DNA of 60,000 bases from Squalus acanthias (taxonomy: Eukaryota). Under the pieces are notes generated by a model that saw only the letters and a list, made by a program, of their open reading frames with translations, made no database searches and was not told the origin of the DNA. Within the stretch, counting starts at the first letter, position 1, and the number at the start of each line of letters is the position of its first letter. The stretch covers positions 171,060,001-171,120,000 of the forward strand of contig CM059425.1 of the NCBI GenBank assembly GCA_030390025.1, in the 5' to 3' direction. Positions 1 to 13,576 of the stretch are shown one piece after another. A program made the translations under genes and the position numbers.

Positions 1-490
1 TTTATGCTGAAAATGACACAGTGTTCCACCAACAGGCCTGGTATAACCATTTCTGGTGTCCATAACTCAGGACATTTAACTGAACAACACTGTTCACTGC
101 ACTCTTCACATATACTGTACTGCACCAAACCCTATCATGTAATTTTCCTGACTTCAAGCAGGTAAGAATTGAGTGTGATTGCTATTCACTCCCCGCAATT
201 CTGCATTTTTGTTATTAGGAAACTTTTCTACCATAAGCAAGTCCATTGCCGTGTAAAAATATGGCACATACAAAGATGGCTCAAGTGTCTGTATTATACA
301 AATATACTAATTGTAGTATGGCTAGAGAAGTAAACTATTGACTGTTGCAGGGTTAACAGAGAGTGTCTTCTGTTCAGCTTCAAGAATTTATTGCACTTCT
401 GTAATCTGAGGGGCAATGGTCTGTTTATAGCTTGAGAACTGGAGCCAGCATTGATTTTATTATTCCCATGTCCATATTAAAAATCTGGAT

Positions 491-913
491 GGGGTACAGT
501 AGCATAGTGGTTATGTTACTGGACTTGTAAGTAAGAGGCCTGGACTAATGATCTAGATGACACGAGTTCAAATCCCACCACGGCAGCTGGGGAATTTAAA
601 TTCATTTTTTTTAAATAAAAATGACATGTAACTACCAGATTGTCATAAAAACCCATCTGGTTCACTAATGTCTTTTAGGGAAGAAAATCTGCCGTCCTTT
701 CCTGGTCTGGCCTATATGTGACTCCAGACCCACAGCAATGTGGTTGACACTTAACTGCCCTCTGAAATGGCCTAGCAAGCCACGCAGTTCCACCAAACCG
801 CTACTGCAGCGGTTCAAGAAGGCAGCTCACTACCACTTTCTCAAGGGCAATTAGGGATGGGCAATAAATGCTGGCCCTGCCAGCGACGCCCACATCCCGT
901 GAATGAAAAAAAA
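491..913 (+). mobile_element. tRNA-derived SINE, family A (LINE-derived 3' tail)
   Basis: A-box-like TAGCATAGTGG (500-510) and B-box GAGTTCAAATCC (564-575). The tail GCAGCGGTTCAAGAAGGCAGCTCAC...GGGATGGGCAATAAATGC...A-run recurs in other copies in the window and at the end of the LINE near 19.5 kb. Confidence 0.85.
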
Positions 914-1606
914 GGGAAGGGTTTTCACCTGCTCTGCACAAGCTGCAGCCTGTGATTTTGGTAGAATATCACTCACTTGGTTATTCATTGCTGATGCAAA
1001 TTTATAGGCAGTGATTTCTTACACATGTTTTGTCAATCATGTTCAGAGCTTCAGGTGAAGGGTGTGTGCATACGTTTGTGTGCTTCTAGTTAACATAAAT
1101 ATAAAATACATACATTATGTACTGCAATAGCTCTTAAATTTCTGTAACTGCTATATTTTGCAATTCATGTGATATTGCAGAATTTGTAATTTATTCAATT
1201 AATTTTGTTTATAGTAGTTCAAAACATCAAAGTTTGAACCAGTTTATGTTAAAGCAGCATAAATGTTAGAGGGTAGCATAAATATTTGAGGGACATGTGT
1301 GTGTAGGACTATTAATTTTACTAGCAATGGTATTTTAAGCATTACCCAATCCCATAAAAATACTTGGTTTCAAAGCAAAATAAATTTCATAACCTTGTAG
1401 AAAAGTACATATTTATATATATATATTTAAAGGACCTTAGCATCTTAATTCCCAGGGTCTTTTAAAAGAGTGCAGTCTCCATGGGAAAATGTTTGCCATC
1501 TGCAGTGCCAAAATATCTTAGCGTTATGTCAATGTCATGGTGATGTTAATGATGCACAGCTTTCTACTGTTTTCCCTCCATGGTAGCCAAGACAGGGCCT
1601 CTCTTT

Positions 1607-1992
1607 AGGCCCACAGTGACTCAGTGGGTAAATGCACTGTGTGTTGTAGTACTGAACCAGACCAGGAAAGTCACAGGTTCAATCACTGGTCTGTTCTGCA
1701 TTTGCTGCTGGGGTGGCTGTAGGGTCACTGCAGTTGACCTCAGCGCCCCTGGGTTAAGAAGGGAAAAAACCTCAACCACTTTTGAATGCTAATCAGTGAC
1801 TCCTGCTGGAAGTAATCACGTTAAGGCAGGGTCAAGTTCAGTTGTGCTGTCTCCCATAGCTGACTAGCCATGCAACAGACAGTGACTGGACTCACACATT
1901 AAGTACGGCAGCTTGGGTATGGTACTGAAGCATGCAGTCACCCATGGACTATGCCCCAGTATGAGATTCTACCTTCAAGAGAAGGGAAAAAT
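1607..1992 (+). mobile_element. Old tRNA-derived SINE, family B
   Basis: TGACTCAGTGGG A-box-like and GGTTCAATC B-box-like motifs. The body motif CCTCAGCGCCCCTGGGTTAAGAAGGG recurs, diverged, elsewhere in the window. Confidence 0.65.
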
Positions 1993-2046
1993 TAAAGGGT
2001 AGCACTTCTGTATTAGCAAAACACAATTAAGCAAATCAAGACATAA

Positions 2047-2223
2047 GGATAGAAATTTCTGTCAGCGGTGTTATCGTAATAAATGCTTAACACACTCGTA
2101 CCATGTTCCCCTCTCTGCAATTTTAGTCCAATAGGTTAAATCCTCCTTTAACATAGCGGAGAGAGAATGTAAATATACTTTAAGTATTCAAATGATAACA
2201 TCACAGGCAATAATTTCTACTCT
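2047..2223. mobile_element. Decayed palindromic MITE
   Basis: Left arm TAGAAATTTCTGTCAGCGGTGTTATC versus reverse complement of right arm TAGAAATTATTGCCTGTGATGTTATC. Confidence 0.55.
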
Positions 2224-3814
2224 ATATCATTTTTAGACTGATAGGCTACATATATGTAGGCATTTAAGTTACTAATTGCACTCAGGTGATATTTACAAGA
2301 CACCGTGATTCATCAAAACGTTATAATCGGAAGCGATGTTGTTGCATTCAAGCTAATTTTCTAACTATTACCTTGCTGAAACAACCTCTCTGGGAAGGTA
2401 CAGGTAGTGGCATCCTCTCTTAGTGTGCTCGCTGATAAACTGTACCACAGACTGGTACGACTCCAATTACCATCTGAGATTCCACACACAGGGAGGGTTG
2501 AGTGTCAGCTGGATACTGGAGGAAATTAAATGACATTTGGAGCGCTTAAAAAGGCATCCTCCCACAAATATATATGATATACCACAAATATCAAATATGA
2601 TATATGATACAACACAAATTTCCATATATGTATTGTTTATTTGCAGCTCTCTAATCAAAAAACCCCATCAAAGACCTCCCTTAACAACACGTTCTTTAGA
2701 AAATAATTTTTCCAAAAAGGATCCACTGTATTTTTAAATAGTTACTGGCAAGGTCGGTGTACGTCAACTGTGATGTCAGAGCCAGATTGTAACCTTGGTA
2801 GAGGATTGACATTTCCCATTGGCACTTTCCTTTTCAGATTGCGAGATTTTATGACAGAGCTTTGGCAAAATGTCACAAGACACAACACTCAGCAGCACTG
2901 ACAGCTTGTAAACCCAGAGAGTAGAATGCTGCTAAGGATTGGCTTCCTCCCAACGACCCATCAAGAGTGAGTCACCTCACAGGCTGGTGTAAACTGCTAC
3001 TCCCCAATTCCCAGCCTTTCACACATCTTGCAGAGCTGCACAAACCATGTAGTAATTCTGGCAGACTTTGCACGAAATGAGGAAAAACCATTCCCAACGG
3101 AAGCCCCAAATTATTATTTTTTTCTGTCTCGCTCATATCATGTACACCCAGCTTGATTTTTGTTCACAGATACTGTGACGATAATAAAAGCTCTTGGACC
3201 AAAAACATCAGTTTGTCCAGAGGAAAACAAATAGCCTTTTACATGATACCAACAAAGATAATCTGGTTTTCTTTCTAAAGACTGTTGGGAATTTTGTCAC
3301 AAAGAAGCAACCAATGGCCAATAGAGGATCACTTTGCTCCTGATGGATTTAATGTAATTGTACACTGGATGGAATGTTTGAATTGTGGTCACAGATTCTG
3401 GAACTATCAGATGAACCAAGCATACAGTAATGTACTCACCTGGTCACAATCTCATGAGCTGCCATGGTAGTTGTATGTAGCATGGTTCTCAGTAGACCAT
3501 AATCGCTGCTCAGTAACTGCAATGCACTCAAGTTTACATCCGAAGTCTCAATTTACACTGGCACTCAGATTTCCTTTAGAGTGAGAAGCAGCCCAATTTT
3601 GGCAGGATCAGCTGGAAGAGACTACCCAGAGCGTGAGCACTCCATAGAGGATCAATCAGCATCATTGATGAAGTCCATGGAGATATCCACAAGGTAGAGT
3701 ATCCTCTCCTCAAGAAACCGAATGTGGATTTGGAGAGAGATCTGCAATTTTATCCAAAAGTCTATTTTCTTAATTATTCACAAAAAAAGCATTATGCCCA
3801 CTGCAGAGACAGAA

Positions 3815-4450
3815 TGGTCCAGATTTTCCACCCGAGTTACACTTGCTCCCAGGAGTAACTTGAGTGGACTTGGGTGGGAAACTCTTCAGAAGATGCACAT
3901 TTGACTCCCCGCGCTTCCCCAGCACTTTTAGGATTTCCCACCAAAAGTGATGGGAGACGCATGATAAGCCTGCCCCCCTATAATCAGTGGGTTACTGTAA
4001 TATGCAATTGATGGAAATACATCATGTGACGTACCTTCCATCATGTGCACCATACCAACACAGGATGCAAAGATCACCTGTTTACCCCGACGCCCAATGT
4101 TGTGATGTGTGGCAGAGGGGCCATTTAAATTTGAAACGCCCAAAAAGCCTATGAAATCAATCACAGGACAGCCAATTGAATACACATAGGCCCCTTTCTT
4201 TAAAATTTTCAATGAAAAAAAATTTGAACAGCACCACAGAGGCTGCCAGCCACACTACGCTACGGCAGGTCGCCAAAGCCTGTTGCATCTATTCTCTGAC
4301 CCCTCCTCTTCCAGGAAGACCTCTTGGTGGAGGCCAAGGAGATCCATCTCAAAAAATGCTAATTATCCTGACCACGAGAAATCAGTTTAGGTCAGGGGTG
4401 CATCCTTGTGACAGGCAGAACTCCTGTCCTGCCTAAAGGCATCTGGATTC
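3815..4450. mobile_element. Probable old TIR non-autonomous DNA element
   Basis: Starts GGTCCAGATTTTCC, resembling the GGGCCGGATATTCC TIR at 23557. GC-rich body with an AT-rich centre; the right end is degenerate. Confidence 0.35.
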
Positions 4451-4684
4451 CACAATAACAGCAAATCTTGGCTAATTTATTTGTAGTTTGTAAACCATAC
4501 ACATCTGAATAAATTGATTGATTGACAAATTAATATCGGAGCACCAGACTTCTCAAAAATGTTGCAGTCATAAGAAGTAGTTGCTGACCAGACAGCTTAT
4601 TATAATTTATTTTCCTCTATTCTACTTGAAAGAAATGCACAACCAATGTACCAGTTATGTGATGTCACCCACAGGGACACGGAG

Positions 4685-4825
4685 ATCAAATGTAGCATCC
4701 CCACTGATACCCCAGGTCAGATCAGCTCAACTCAGCACAGGCCAGGGATTGGAGCTGTGACTCTCCTGTTTTGTATGGCTCAATATCCGTCAGTCAATTA
4801 ATTTATCCCGTAAGACATTGAGGGA
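4685..4825 (-). mobile_element. SINE family B head fragment
   Basis: The reverse complement resembles the 5' part of the copies at 1607 and 9273. Confidence 0.4.
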
Positions 4826-6571
4826 GTATTAGCATGTTTATTAAGGTGTTTGACTAACTTGACACTAACTCTCGTAACAAAAACCATGAAAAAACCTCAG
4901 AGGACAGCACAGAACATTAAAGAATCCTGCTTCAGTGGAGAACCCTGGTTACAACAGCAATGCTGCACGCAACACATAGTAATGAGTTTCATAGTCACTG
5001 TGCCTGTATCTGAATGACTATTACAGTTTTCCAAATATTTAGGTCATTAAAATTGTTTTGTACAACTTTTTAGAAATAGGATTTTTCTGCAAATAATTAT
5101 ATTAGACACCAAGAAATGCAGCACAACAACTTTCAAAGCAATCTTACAAAAATAAAAATGCAAAATTACTCTACATGTATACTGAAAAAGTAAATCTCGG
5201 AAGTGGACAATGTACTGAAAATGAACCCCGCTGAATCAGGAAAAAGTATGTAATCAAAAAACAAATCTCCAGGTTTTCTCAACCCACAGTTTAAATCAAG
5301 TACGACAGGATTTATTGAAGTGTATGTTTCTATCGATTTCCCCACCTAACCACCATTTGCATAGAAATGCATGCAACTAGAAATCCAAACTACCATCAGT
5401 TCTCAACATATTGTTCACTATATTTTAAATGCATTACCTAGCAAACCTACAGTCCCTGCTGAGTTCCCTTGTTAACTACAGGGCTCTCAGGACTAAGAGG
5501 GCCAGCTTTCTTTAATTCTAATACCTTGCTACGGGTAGACATTTCAACTTGGACTTAATTTAGATCGAGGCTTTTGTCCTGCCTGACGGACAAGACATTT
5601 AATGAAGTGGAAGTCACATCATTTCAACCATCCTTTCTCCATTTCTCTTTGAATGAGGATGTAGCTGTTAACTGCCCACACAACACTCAAATATTTGTTC
5701 ACATCAGTAACCCATGGAGACGCAATGTCTGGTTCCTTTGCAATAACCATCCACGTAGCCTGATGAGACACGGTTAAAGCCATTCAACATTAATTCTTCG
5801 GAAATGTAGCTGAAGGGTGGCGGCTTGCAGGATAACTGAGGGTTTTGTGTCAGTAGAAAAACAATCAAATAACTGCAGAGTTGAGGTTACATCACTTTTG
5901 GTCATTACAGTATTAAAGAGCTTGTTTGTGATGTATTTTTCCCTTCTTTGTTAACATGTCTTTCAACAGCACAGTAAGGATGCTCAAGTAGGAGAGTTGC
6001 TGCCCTTTTCAGACACAGACATCAGCATAGTCTAGTGACACACAGGATTCATTTTGGTCTGTTTCATGAATTAGAATACAAAGTGGTTAAACTCTAAAAG
6101 AAGCAGGTGCATTGAAAGGGTGTGAGGCATATTTCTGTCACCCAAAGGTTCTCTAAATCCCATGAATTCCTCTCCACCCACCAAAACTAATTCCTCTACA
6201 GAAGGCACAGGTACCTGAAGATTTCAAAGCCACTAGCACATATAGACTTCACAGTCAATAGCACAGATACCTGAGAGTCTGTTTGCACAAGAAATATTTT
6301 GGCACAGGACAGTAACTGCAGGACACAATGCTTTAGAAGCTCTTGTATAATATGAGATAGCTTGTCAGTGCTAAAATAACAGGGGGGCATGTAGAGTTTC
6401 GATACCTGGGTTGAGTGACAGTTCAGTTCAGATATAGATACATCATTTTCAAAATATATTGCCTATGTGAATTTTGATGGGTGTAGAATAAATCCTGCAA
6501 ATGACTTGTGTTAGAGATCACTGGAGAGACAAGCTTAGAGTTATCTCTGTGCCAGGAATGAGAGTTCTAGA

Positions 6572-6872
6572 CAACCACATTGGTGTGGAACTAAAGTCAC
6601 ATATAAGCCAGACTGGGTAAGGACAGCAAGTTTCCTTCTCTAAAGGGAATTAGTGAACCAGTTGGATTTTTACAACAATCTGACAGCTTCATGGTCACTT
6701 TTACTGATAGCAGTTTTTTATTTCCAGATGTTATAAATTGAATTCAAATTCTCAAACTGCGATGGTGAGTTTTGAATTGCATTCTCTGGCTTACTAGTTC
6801 AGTAAGATTACCAGTACACTACTGTACAGGCACCTGTTTGGACATGGTAACATAACCGCTACATTGCTATAC
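6572..6872 (-). mobile_element. SINE family A, partial
   Basis: The reverse complement matches the body and head of 491-913. The 5' end motif appears twice (about 6800-6827 and 6847-6872). Confidence 0.75.
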
Positions 6873-6874
6873 TG

Positions 6875-7530
6875 AGGGTGGAGAATGGGAGGCCAGCTAG
6901 GAGAGCACTGCAATAGTGACAAAGGCATGGGTGAGGGTTGGAGGCAGGTGATGTTATGGATGGCGAAGTAGATGGCCTTTGTGATAGAGAGGATTCAGGT
7001 TTAGAAGCTCAGCTCAGAGTTGAACAGGATGTCCAGCTTGAACAAGAGAGGGATGGAGTCAATAGCGAGGAACCACAGTTTGTGTCAGGGTCCAAAGGTA
7101 ACAACTTCGGTCTTCCCATTGTTTACTTGGCGGAGGTTATGGCTCGTCCAAGACTGGATGTTGGACAAGCAATCTAACGGTGAAGAGGCAGCAGAGGGAT
7201 CGAGAGAGGTGATGAAGAAATAGAGCTGAGCTGTCAACAGTGTACACATGCAAACTCACTCCACGTCTGCAGATGATGTCACCAAGGGGTAGTATGTAGA
7301 TGAAGAAGGGGAAGAGGAGAGGGCCAACAATGGATCCTCTGGGGACTCCGGAGAGGACAGTAGAGGGGCGTGAAAAGCTATTGCTAGAAATGCTGTGGTT
7401 ACAGTCAGGTAGGTAAGAATGGAACCAAACAAGACCAGTTCAAAAGGAGCTGAACAATGGAGGAGAAGTAGTGGAGGAAGATGGTGTGGTTGAGCTTGTC
7501 AAAGCCTGCAGAGAGGTCAAGGAGGTTCAA
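6875..7530 (-). mobile_element. L2-type LINE RT fragment, decayed
   Basis: The minus strand reads LLDLSAGFDK..WFHSYL..GVPRGSIVGPLLF..LPLGDII, which are typical L2 RT motifs; frameshifted. Confidence 0.75.
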
Positions 7531-9272
7531 TGAACCATAATTACAGCACATATAACCCTATATAATATCAAACAAAATGGGACTGCTTTATCGAATGTGG
7601 TTTGTTACAGGATATTCAGCAAGAGGTTTATACGAGAGTGTCATCAGAAGAGCCCAGCCATGTGGAGACAAATACAGTGTAAGGGTTAGGTATGGGCATG
7701 AGGAAAAGGTCTGGGAAATTAGCTGAACTTGGCAATTTTAGCTGTTTTGAGGTCACTAATGCTCAGTAATGATTCTCGTAAAAGATTGTACTGCACTTTC
7801 TGCGCTCTCATTTTCATGAGTCAGCTATGCTGATGTGCAATGTTGACATTTTCTCATATTACCTAAAACATCTGTCTGGCTCTTAAAGTGAAACTGTACA
7901 TGACTCTTGTATTTAAACGGAAAGGATGCAACCTGCTTTCATTCTTGAGGAGTGAGAGTGTTGCGGCTCCTCAGATATGGAGGCATCTGTTCACGTTGCT
8001 TGATTCCGCATGACCCTGAACACAAGCCCTACTGAGTGCAATACTATTCCTATCAGCAACACTGATCAGGTTGTTTGCTTCTGGACCGATAAATCTGGAA
8101 TAGATTCCAGTTACACCAGGATCAGAATGAGTACTTTCGAGCTATAGCTTTTGCTTTACTTCCTATGAAAACTCCGTATAAAGTGCACAATCAGTCTGCC
8201 TGAGAATTACTTTATTTCAGCCTTTACCCTGCTGAATAAACATAACTGCCATCTGTTTAGCACAACAAATGCTGTGACTAACACTTCAAAAAGGTTTAAA
8301 CAATAATAACCATGCACGCCAGAAATTCATGCTTACAAGCAGAGTGGCTCCTTTCCGTTACCAAAGAAAACACAACAAACTGGGCTTTTTACGATAAAGA
8401 GGTCTGAGGAGTTTCAAACTGGCAATTTTGAAAAGAAAGCTAAAATATAGAGAGCATTAACCTGAAATTCTCAGGGAAAAAACTCATCTTTATTGCAAAA
8501 AGCATCCCAGACTTCCATTACTGTTGCCATTTTTGATTTTACTGAGTTAACCTCATTACTATTTTAACAATGTAGACTGTTCTACACTAGTTATTCCCAC
8601 ACATCCCCCCCTCCCCCTCCTGTGGATGTCTTTAAGTGTTGCCTCTGTTTTGTTCAATAAAAATTTTCATCTCATGAATGTAATCATCAAATTATTTCCT
8701 TACAATTAATTTTAATTTAGCATAGATGGCAGTGTTTTGTTTCAATTGCCAAAAATTAATTTGAAGTTGCTCCTAGTATACCAGACCCAGAGCTGAATGT
8801 CACAAGAACTTGCATGTACTGTCCGTGCAGAGTACGAGTAAGCCCATTCATTACAGAAAGCATCCACATTAAAAGCTAATGAAAGTTAATAAAACTATTA
8901 GTCAAGAGCAGTGTCAGGAAGCAACTCTCACAGTAACCAGGGTGAGAAGCCGTGATTCTCATTCTAAACAGCAGTAAATCCTGTAGTATTTATTACTAAT
9001 TAGAACTTGATTTGCCTACTTGAAAAATAATGATTAAACAGTGTCTAGATCACACTGATTTGCAGCTTTGGCTGCCTTTCCTGTTTAGAAATTAATCATC
9101 CAATCGCGGTAAATATAGTGCAGCATTGCTAAATTAAAAAGACTACTCGCTGTATGCATTATTATTTAGTGTAGGTTGTGGTTAAGATTTATTAACCTCC
9201 ACGGATATGTGCTAGCGCTGTTCCCCGGTCCCATGTAACCCCGTGAGCTCATTAAATATTGTGTCCAACCAG

Positions 9273-9635
9273 AGCCCTGATGACTCAGCACTGCCTAGTA
9301 TAAAACTGAGCCACACCAACCAAAGGCCCCAGGTTCAATCCCTTGCCAGTACTGAGTTAATTGGTCTGAGATTGAGGTGTTGGTAGACATACCAGAATTG
9401 GCCTGCGACCAAGGTTCCAGTCTTGAGCATTATCCATTGGTTCTTCCTGGTAAATATATGGATTTAAGGGAGAACAAGACAGGGCTTAGTGATGACCCGC
9501 CATAGTTGAATAGCTGTGTGTTATTGTGATTTTTTTTGAGAGAACAGCTGACACTTGTCTAGGTTCACACATGAAGAATATACCAGAGGGTGGTCAGCAG
9601 CACTGAACTGTACTGCAGGAAGAGTCAATGGCTCC
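9273..9635 (+). mobile_element. SINE family B copy
   Basis: GGTTCAATCCC B-box; colinear similarity to 1607-1992 (CATAGTTGAATAGC, CTAGGTTCACACATGAAGAA). Confidence 0.55.
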
Positions 9636-11178
9636 AAATTTCCTGTCCCAAATGCCCCATGTCCACTAGTTTCCAAGGAATTACTGATCGGCAATATTTA
9701 ATTCTTCAAGGACATTGAAAACACTCACGTTGATTGTGTGTGTGTGTGGTTTTTTTCCACCCCTGTGCTAAACCAGTCTCGGGTTGGAGATTTCCAATTA
9801 CAGAATGGGAAATGAGTTATTTAAGAAGTGACTGGGACATCGGTGACCAGTATCACTTTATGCCGAAACCTTATCATCTAACAATATGTGTACATGTATT
9901 GAACATTTCAATAGATAGTATTTATATTGGAAAACAGGTGGGGCCTATTTATAAATGGCGTACTAGGCCGTCGACCTGCCAGAAATCAAATGCACTTTCT
10001 GGTCTCCCACGGTCCTGTTGAAATGCAGGGCACCTGTCAGAACTGGCAGTCATCCTTAGCAGCAAATTACACTTGCCCAGCTCAGAAGGGTGAAAAACAT
10101 TAGAATATCTCAAAATTATGGCATGTCAAACATCTGTCCCCACTTTACATTGTTACCCGGCAACCTAATTAATGTTCTGTCAGTTCAGCCGAGCCCCGAC
10201 ACCAAGCAGCCATCATCTATGCCAAGCAGCTCTCTACAACAAAAGGAATTCCTTTGGGTCTTGTCATGACATCATTTTTGCAATGTAACCTCAGATAGTT
10301 TAAAATGAAGCTGGTATTTATACATGGGTATTATAAAGGCCTCCCATGTCAGCCATGAGATGACAAGATGTCAGGTTCAGTCACTAGACAGGATCAAGGC
10401 CCTATACTTTGGCTGCTTTTCATGACACTAACAAAAAATAAATTGAAAAAGCATTCGGGCAAAGTATATTTCACGGATAGATGCAGATGTTTCATATCTC
10501 ATGATCCCTAAGAAAACAATGCAGCAAACTAATTAATTTACAGCATTTAAGCAGCTTGTTTCTGATCTTTAATCTTCCTTGTGTAGTACAATGAACAAAG
10601 CCTATTATGACTGCACACAACGTGCTTGCCTGCTGGAGAAAGGGAAGGAGCAGAGAGTGTAGAGCCCTGATACTCTCTCCCTACACTCTGCCACAGCAAA
10701 CAGGTCTTTACTGCTCACGTTTATCTCATGGAGGCCAATCTGTATAGCGCAGAGGACAGAACTCAACTCTCGGTGCCGACTGCACTATATTCATTACTGG
10801 GGGGTTCTTAAAATGGCAATCCAAAGCACTTCACTGCTTAACTCCTACCTGGTGTGCTATCAGCCCACTTTAGACGAATTCCATCAAATGAGTAATTCGT
10901 TTTCAGATTTTTTTTTGTCATTGTTTTAAACAGATTCTTGATTTCTGTTCCATTGAAGTTTAATTGAAGGTGTGCAATCTATAATTATTCTCAACAGGAT
11001 ATCTTTTCAAATTCACCAGTAAAGATAAATGGCAGTCAGAAGTATGGAATTAGTAATTTTATTGTTCAACATATAGGGCACAATGTAAAAAACAAAATCA
11101 CCATTTCAGGTTCAGTTATCTGCTAGGCTGTTTCTACCTGAACACGTAAAGCTTTCTCACAATACTACAATATGACCC

Positions 11179-13330
11179 AATCATAGAATGGTACAGCACA
11201 GAAGGCGGCCATTCGGCCCATCGAGTCTGCGCCGGCTCTTTCGAAGAGCAAACCAGTTAGTCCCACTCCCCCGCTCGTTCCCCATATCCCTGCAATTTTT
11301 TCTCCTTCAAGTATTTATCCAATTCCCTTTTTAAAGCTACTATTGAATCTGTATCCACCACCCTATCAGGTAGTGCATTCCAAATCCTAACCACTCGTTG
11401 CGTAAAAAAGTTTTTCCTCATGTCGCCTCTGGTTCTTTTGCCAATCACCTTAAATCTATGCCCTTTGGTTATCGACTCTTCAGCCATTCGAAACAGTTTC
11501 TCTTTATTTACACTATCTAAACCCTTCATGATTTTAAACACCTCTATCAAATCTCCTCTTAGCCTTCTCTGCTCTAAGGAGAACAACCCCAGCTTCTCTA
11601 GTCTATCCATGTAACTGTAATCCCTCAGCCCTACAACCATTCTATTAATCTCGTCTGTATCCTCTCCCAAGCCTTCATATCCTTACTAAAGTGTGGTGCC
11701 CAGAATTGGACACAATACTCCAGCTGGGGCCGAACTAGTGTTTTATATAGGTTTAATTAACCATAATTTCCTGGCGTTTGTACCTATTCCTCCATTTATA
11801 AGGCTCAGGATCCCATATGCTTTATTAACTGCTTTGTTAACCTGTCCTGCCATCTTTAAAGATTTGTGCACAAACACCCCAGGTCTCTCTCTTCTTGCAC
11901 CCCCTTTAAAATTGTACCATTTAGCTTGTATTGTCTCTCCTCATTCTTCCTACAAAAATATGTATCATCTCACACTTTTCTGCGTTGAATTTTATCTGCC
12001 ATGTGTCTGCCCATTCCACCAGCCTATTCATGTCCTCTTGAAGTCTTTTACTATCTTCCTCACTGTTTACTACACTTCCAAGTTTTGCATCATCTGTAAA
12101 TTTCAAAATTGTGCCCTGTAACCCCATGTCCAAGTCATTAATGTACATCAAAAACAGCAGTGGTCCTAGTACGGAACCCTTGGGAACAGCACTGCAGTCT
12201 GAAAACTAGCCATTCTCCACAACTCTCTGTTTTCTATCCCTTAGCCAATTTTGTATCCATGCTGCTACTGCCCCTTTTATCCCATGGGCTTCAATTTCTC
12301 TAACTGCCTAATACGTGGTACTTTATCAGACACCTTTTGAAAGTCCATATACACAATATCAACTGCACTGCCCTCATCCGCCCTCTCCGTTACCTCATCA
12401 AAAAACTCAAATCAAGTTAGTCAAACACAATTGGCCCTCAACAAATCTGTGCAGGCTCTCCTCTACCAGTCCATACTTGTCCAAGTGGCTGTTAATTTTC
12501 TCCTGGATTATTATTTCCAAAAGCTTCCCCACCACTAACGTTAAACTGACTGGCCTGTTGCCAGGTTTATCCTTCTCCCCTTTTTGAAATAGGGTGTAAC
12601 ATTTGCAATCCTCCAGTCCTCTGGCACCACTCCTGTATCTAAGGAGGATTGGAAGATTGTGGCCAGCACCTCCGCAATTTCTACCCTTACTTCCCTTATC
12701 AACCTAGGATGCCTCCCATCTGGACCGGGTGAATTATCCACTTTAAATACTGCCAGCCTTTCCAGTACCTCTCTTTATCTATTTTTATCTCATCCAATAT
12801 CCCAACAACCTTGTTTACCATAGCTTTGGCAAATTCCTCTTCCTTGGTAAACACCGATGCAAAGTACTCATTTAGTACCTCAGCCATACCGTCTGCCTCC
12901 ACCAATGGACCTCCATTTCGGTCTCTAAATTGACCCCACCGCTCCTGACAACCCTTTTACTGTTAATATGCCTATAGAAAACCTTTGGATTCCCTTTTAT
13001 GTTAGCCGCCAACCTATTCCATTACTATCTCTTTGCCCCTCTTATTTCTTTTTCCACTTCTCCTCTGTACTTTTTATATTCAGCCTGATTCTTCCTTGTA
13101 TGATCACGCAGACATCTGTCATAAGCCTCTCTTTTCTGCTTCATCCTACTCTCCAACTCCTTTGTCATCCAGGGAGCTCTGGCTTTCGTTGCCCTCCCTT
13201 TCCCCCTTGTAGAAATGTAACTAGACTGTACCTGAACCATCTCCTCTTTAAAGGCTGCTCATTGCTCCATTACATTTCTGCCTGCCAGTCTTTGACTCCA
13301 ATTTACCCGAGCCAGATCCCAATTCATCCC
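11179..13330 (-). mobile_element. CR1 LINE (HER1-like), 5'-truncated, ORF2 RT pseudogene
   Basis: ORF pieces SPGPDG..HPRL..VPEDWRIANVTP, YINDLD..KF.DDAKL and LEKLGLFSLEQRRLRGDLIEVFK..FFTQRVV. CR1 3' hairpin with ATTCTATG tail at about 11180; multiple frameshifts. Confidence 0.95.
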
Positions 13331-13576
13331 AAAACTAGGAACAAGCAGCAGCAACAAAAATGGGAATAAAAAGAAGGTTCTACTGTCATATTATCGCCAT
13401 TATCTGAATAGTTTCATGCATGTCTTTATTATTAGCATGTGGGTTTTTTGGCATTGAGTCAAAGCCAAAAAACATATAAATGGTTGGGTTTGGGATTGGT
13501 ATAAGAGCATAGTGATTTTGTGGAATAATAAAGGACTGTGAACCCCTTCATAGCCATGTCCATTTTATAAACATTA

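Noticed and set aside
1..164. Open frame ending at an AG|GTAAGA donor
   Set aside because: It is truncated by the window edge, the peptide is unrecognised and the antisense frame is also open, so it cannot be called.
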